Assembly (NCBI GenBank): GCA_944387075.1
Contig: CALXDO010000027.1
Location: 15,064-79,063 of the forward strand
DNA: 64,000 nt
Source: an uncultured Oscillospiraceae bacterium
GTDB taxonomy: Bacteria; Bacillota; Clostridia; Oscillospirales; Oscillospiraceae
Reading direction: 5' to 3'
Shown: positions 61,117-64,000 of the stretch, piece by piece
How positions within the stretch are numbered: the first letter of the stretch is position 1
Layout: each line of letters opens with the position of its first letter
Translations under genes and position numbers: made by a program
Notes under the pieces: model-generated
The model's input: the letters and a program-made list of their open reading frames with translations, nothing else
What the model was told of the DNA's origin: nothing
The model's database searches: none

Positions 61117-61671
61117 ATGGATTCACTTCAAACCTGTTGTTTTACCGGCCACCGGCCGGAAAAGCTGCCCTGGGGCGGGCAGGAGGAGCATCCCCACTGC
61201 GTGGCCCTGAAAGAAAGCCTGAACGCCCAGCTGGAGCAGCTGTATCAAAAGGGGTATCGCCATTTCATCTGCGGCATGGCCCGGGGCGCAGACTTCTATT
61301 TTGCCGAGGCCGTGCTGTCCCTGCGTGAGACGCATCCGGAGGTGACGCTGGAGGCGGCTCTGCCCTGCCTGGGGCAGGCCAACAAATGGAGCGAGCCGGA
61401 CCGGCTGCGCTGGCACCGTCTGGTGGATGCCTGTGACGCCACCACTCTGGTACAGGAGCACTATGACCGGTACTGTATGCTGCGCCGGGATCGGTACATG
61501 GTGGACCACGCCTCCGCCATTCTGGCGGTGTTCAACGGCACCCGGGGCGGCACCCAGTACACCCTAAACTATGCCATGGATCGTCAGCTGGACATCTATT
61601 TGTTTGACCTCAACCACCCACAAAATCCCCCCACCCATCTGACCCAGTCTTTTTTGCAAAAAAGTCCTTGA
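61117..61671 (+). CDS. SLOG/DUF1273 (YpsA-like) protein
   Basis: CCFTGHRPEKLP, FICGMARGAD, RDRYMVD, GGTQYT. Confidence 0.88.
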   Translation: MDSLQTCCFTGHRPEKLPWGGQEEHPHCVALKESLNAQLEQLYQKGYRHFICGMARGADFYFAEAVLSLRETHPEVTLEAALPCLGQANKWSEPDRLRWHRLVDACDATTLVQEHYDRYCMLRRDRYMVDHASAILAVFNGTRGGTQYTLNYAMDRQLDIYLFDLNHPQNPPTHLTQSFLQKSP

Positions 61672-61707
61672 CACAAACCGCTTGACTTGATATAATACTC
61701 GGGCAAA

Positions 61708-61805
61708 AGAAAGTAGGAATGGCACCGCCGTCCTCACCTCCAGCCAGAGCGAAGAGGTTTACATGGTAAAAAACACGCAATCTTTGTGGATTGTCGTTTT
61801 TTTTT
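61708..61805 (+). ncRNA. L20 ribosomal leader
   Basis: aagtagga...gcaccgccgtcctcacct and T-tract upstream of infC-rpmI-rplT; promoter TTGACA...TATAAT just upstream. Confidence 0.65.
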
Positions 61806-61863
61806 GTTTTTGTGGGTGCTGTTGCTGCACTCACATTTTTTGTTTCTCAGGAGGTGCTTTGCC

Positions 61864-62391
61864 ATAGCTAACCCAACCCATCAGATTAACGAGGAGATCC
61901 GAGACCGTGAGGTTCGCCTGATTGGAGCCGACGGTGACCAGCTGGGCGTAATGTCCGCTGCCCAGGCCCAGCGCCACGCCGACGAGGCGGGTTTGGATCT
62001 GGTCAAAATCTCTCCCAATGCCGTCCCCCCTGTGTGCAAGCTCATGGACTATGGCAAGTTCAAGTTCGAGCAGGCCAAGCGGGAGAAGGAGGCCAAGAAG
62101 AACCAGCACATCGTCGAGATCAAGGAAGTGCGCATGTCCCCGGGCATCGACATCGGCGACTTCAACACCAAGTTGCGCAACGCCCAGAAGTTCTTGGCCG
62201 ACGGCAACCGTGTGAAGGTCACTGTGCGATTCCGTGGCCGTGAGATGGCCCACACCGACATCGGGAAGAACCTCCTCCTGGACTTCGCCCAGCAGTGTGC
62301 CGAACTGGCCACCCTGGATAAGGAGCCCAAGCTGGAGGGGCGGCACATGAGCATTTTCCTCTCCGCCAAAAGCAGCAAAACCAACAAGTAA
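61864..62391 (+). CDS. infC: Translation initiation factor IF-3 (non-canonical ATA start)
   Basis: INEEIR..EVRLI, DYGKFKFE, KEVRMSP, FRGRE; GGAGGTG RBS 7 nt before ATA. Confidence 0.95.
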   Translation: MANPTHQINEEIRDREVRLIGADGDQLGVMSAAQAQRHADEAGLDLVKISPNAVPPVCKLMDYGKFKFEQAKREKEAKKNQHIVEIKEVRMSPGIDIGDFNTKLRNAQKFLADGNRVKVTVRFRGREMAHTDIGKNLLLDFAQQCAELATLDKEPKLEGRHMSIFLSAKSSKTNK

Positions 62392-62445
62392 TTTCCTGCG
62401 GGCAGCCATTGCCCACCCATCTAAAGAGTAAAGGAGATAACCACC

Positions 62446-62649
62446 ATGCCTAAGATTAAGACCCACAGCGGTGCTAAGAAGCGTTTTTCGCTGACCAAGA
62501 GCGGCCGTGTGAAGCGCGCCCACGCCAACCGCCGCCACCTGCTCAACGGCCACGGCAAGACCACCAAGCTCAAGAGAGGCCTCCGCAAGGGTGCCTATGC
62601 TGACGTGACCAATGAGGCCGCCGTCAAGCGTCTGATTCCCTACAAATAA
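62446..62649 (+). CDS. rpmI: 50S ribosomal protein L35
   Basis: [14 protein letters not shown]. Confidence 0.97.
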   Translation: MPKIKTHSGAKKRFSLTKSGRVKRAHANRRHLLNGHGKTTKLKRGLRKGAYADVTNEAAVKRLIPYK

Positions 62650-62689
62650 TTCACACCCGATACACTCACATATAGGAGGCTGAACGACA

Positions 62690-63046
62690 ATGGCAAGAGT
62701 TAAGGGCGCAATGATGACCCGTAAGAGAAGAAATAAGATTCTGAAGCTGGCCAAGGGCTACTGGGGTGCCAAGAGCAAGCACTACAAGATGGCCAACGAG
62801 CAGGTGATGAAGTCCCTGCAGTACGCTTACACCGGCCGCAAGCTGAAGAAGCGTGACTTCCGTCAGCTGTGGATTGCCCGCATCAACGCCGCTTGCAAGA
62901 TGAACGGCATGAACTACTCCACCTTTATGCACGGCCTGAAGCTGGCCGGCGTGGAGATCAACCGCAAGATGCTCGCCGAGCTGGCTGTCAACGACAAGGC
63001 TGCTTTCGTGCAGCTCACCGAGATGGCCAAGAGCAAGCTGGCCTAA
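62690..63046 (+). CDS. rplT: 50S ribosomal protein L20
   Basis: [27 protein letters not shown]. Confidence 0.98.
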   Translation: MARVKGAMMTRKRRNKILKLAKGYWGAKSKHYKMANEQVMKSLQYAYTGRKLKKRDFRQLWIARINAACKMNGMNYSTFMHGLKLAGVEINRKMLAELAVNDKAAFVQLTEMAKSKLA

Positions 63047-63149
63047 TCCAGTTGAATTGAAAAACGCCCGGTTCCGAAGGAATCGGGCGATTTTCTTTAC
63101 GAAATCTCCCTATTCTGCTATACTTGGAACACCTGTGGAGGTGATACAA

Positions 63150-64000
63150 ATGTCCGCCAATCGACTGATCCAAATTTTATCCCTGCTGCTGGAGCACGAC
63201 CGCATCACCGCCCCTCAGCTGGCCGAGCTGCTCCAGGTATCGGTGAGCACCGTGTACCGGGAGATTGACGCTTTGTCCGCAGCGGGAGTGCCGGTGTGCA
63301 CAACGCCAGGAAAAAACGGCGGCATCACCCTCATGGACGGGTGCGCCCCCGATTCCAACCTGTTTACCCCCGGCGAGCAACAGCAGCTGCTGGCCGCCCT
63401 GGACGACAACCCAGAGGCCCAGCGAGAGGCCACTCTGGCCAAGCTCTCCGCCCTCTTCCGCCGCCCGGAGGAGGACTGGCTGCGGGTCTACCTCACCCAC
63501 TGGGGCACCGCCGCCGGGGACACCGCCGACTTTAAGCTGCTGCGGGAGGCCATCCTGCAACGCCGGGCGGTGCAGTTTATCTACGCCAGCTCTCAGGGGG
63601 ATCAGATTCCCTATCTGGTGCAGCCGGTGCGGTTGGTGTTCCAGGGCCTGGGCTGGTATCTCCAGGCCTACTGTCCCTTTCAGGAGTGCTACCGCACCTT
63701 TCGCCTCACCCGGCTTTTGGACTTGACCATCACCGACCAGCCCTTCCACCGGCTGATGAATCCCCCCGATCCGGAGCTGTCCGGGGAGATTCCCCCCCTG
63801 TTCCGGGTGGAAGCAGAGCTGCGCTTTGCCCCCAGCCTGGCCCACCGGGTGTATGATGAGTTCGACCGACACTGCATCACCCCCCAGCCCGACGGCTCTC
63901 TGCTGGTCTCCACTGTGTTCCCGGACGGGGGATGGCTGGCCAGTTACCTGCTATCCTTTGGAGGTGGCGTGGAGGTGCTCTCCCCCGCCAGCTTGCAGCG
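63150..64000 (+). CDS. YafY/WYL-domain transcriptional regulator (3' partial)
   Basis: Hand-translated MSANRLIQILSLLL...VSVSTVYREIDALS wHTH, WYLQAYC and FRLTR; runs off the window so absent from the ORF track. Confidence 0.92.
   Translation, partial: MSANRLIQILSLLLEHDRITAPQLAELLQVSVSTVYREIDALSAAGVPVCTTPGKNGGITLMDGCAPDSNLFTPGEQQQLLAALDDNPEAQREATLAKLSALFRRPEEDWLRVYLTHWGTAAGDTADFKLLREAILQRRAVQFIYASSQGDQIPYLVQPVRLVFQGLGWYLQAYCPFQECYRTFRLTRLLDLTITDQPFHRLMNPPDPELSGEIPPLFRVEAELRFAPSLAHRVYDEFDRHCITPQPDGSLLVSTVFPDGGWLASYLLSFGGGVEVLSPASLQ

Noticed and set aside
61117-64000. SLOG and WYL genes as an anti-phage defence system
   Set aside because: They flank the conserved infC-rpmI-rplT operon, look like stand-alone YpsA-like and YafY-like genes, and no effector is visible; genes beyond the window cannot be assessed

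Overview
GC-rich chromosomal window from an anaerobic, spore-forming Bacillota member (gene content resembles Oscillospiraceae; inferred). Most of it is housekeeping or metabolic: ychF, dut, nrdDG, a monomeric [FeFe] hydrogenase, ppa, pyk, sdaAB/AA, T-box ilvBNC plus ilvD, pdxK, a two-component system, rfbA, larEBC, FMN-riboswitch ribU and L20-leader infC-rpmI-rplT. The standout is an ~18 kb short-tailed (podovirus-type) virion module at 35788-53715. It has both terminase subunits, portal, scaffold, capsid, lysis and tail genes, a CI-like repressor and a tiny LexA-boxed gene. I see no integrase, replication or recombination gene and no att repeat, and its base composition looks like the host's. 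It is therefore a candidate domesticated, SOS-inducible gene-transfer-agent or PBSX-like particle system. Other items are a family of modular structured intergenic repeats with compensatory base changes, two unrecognised attenuator-like leaders and several small ORFs missed by the ORF track. All protein family calls come from motif recognition by eye; no database search was run.
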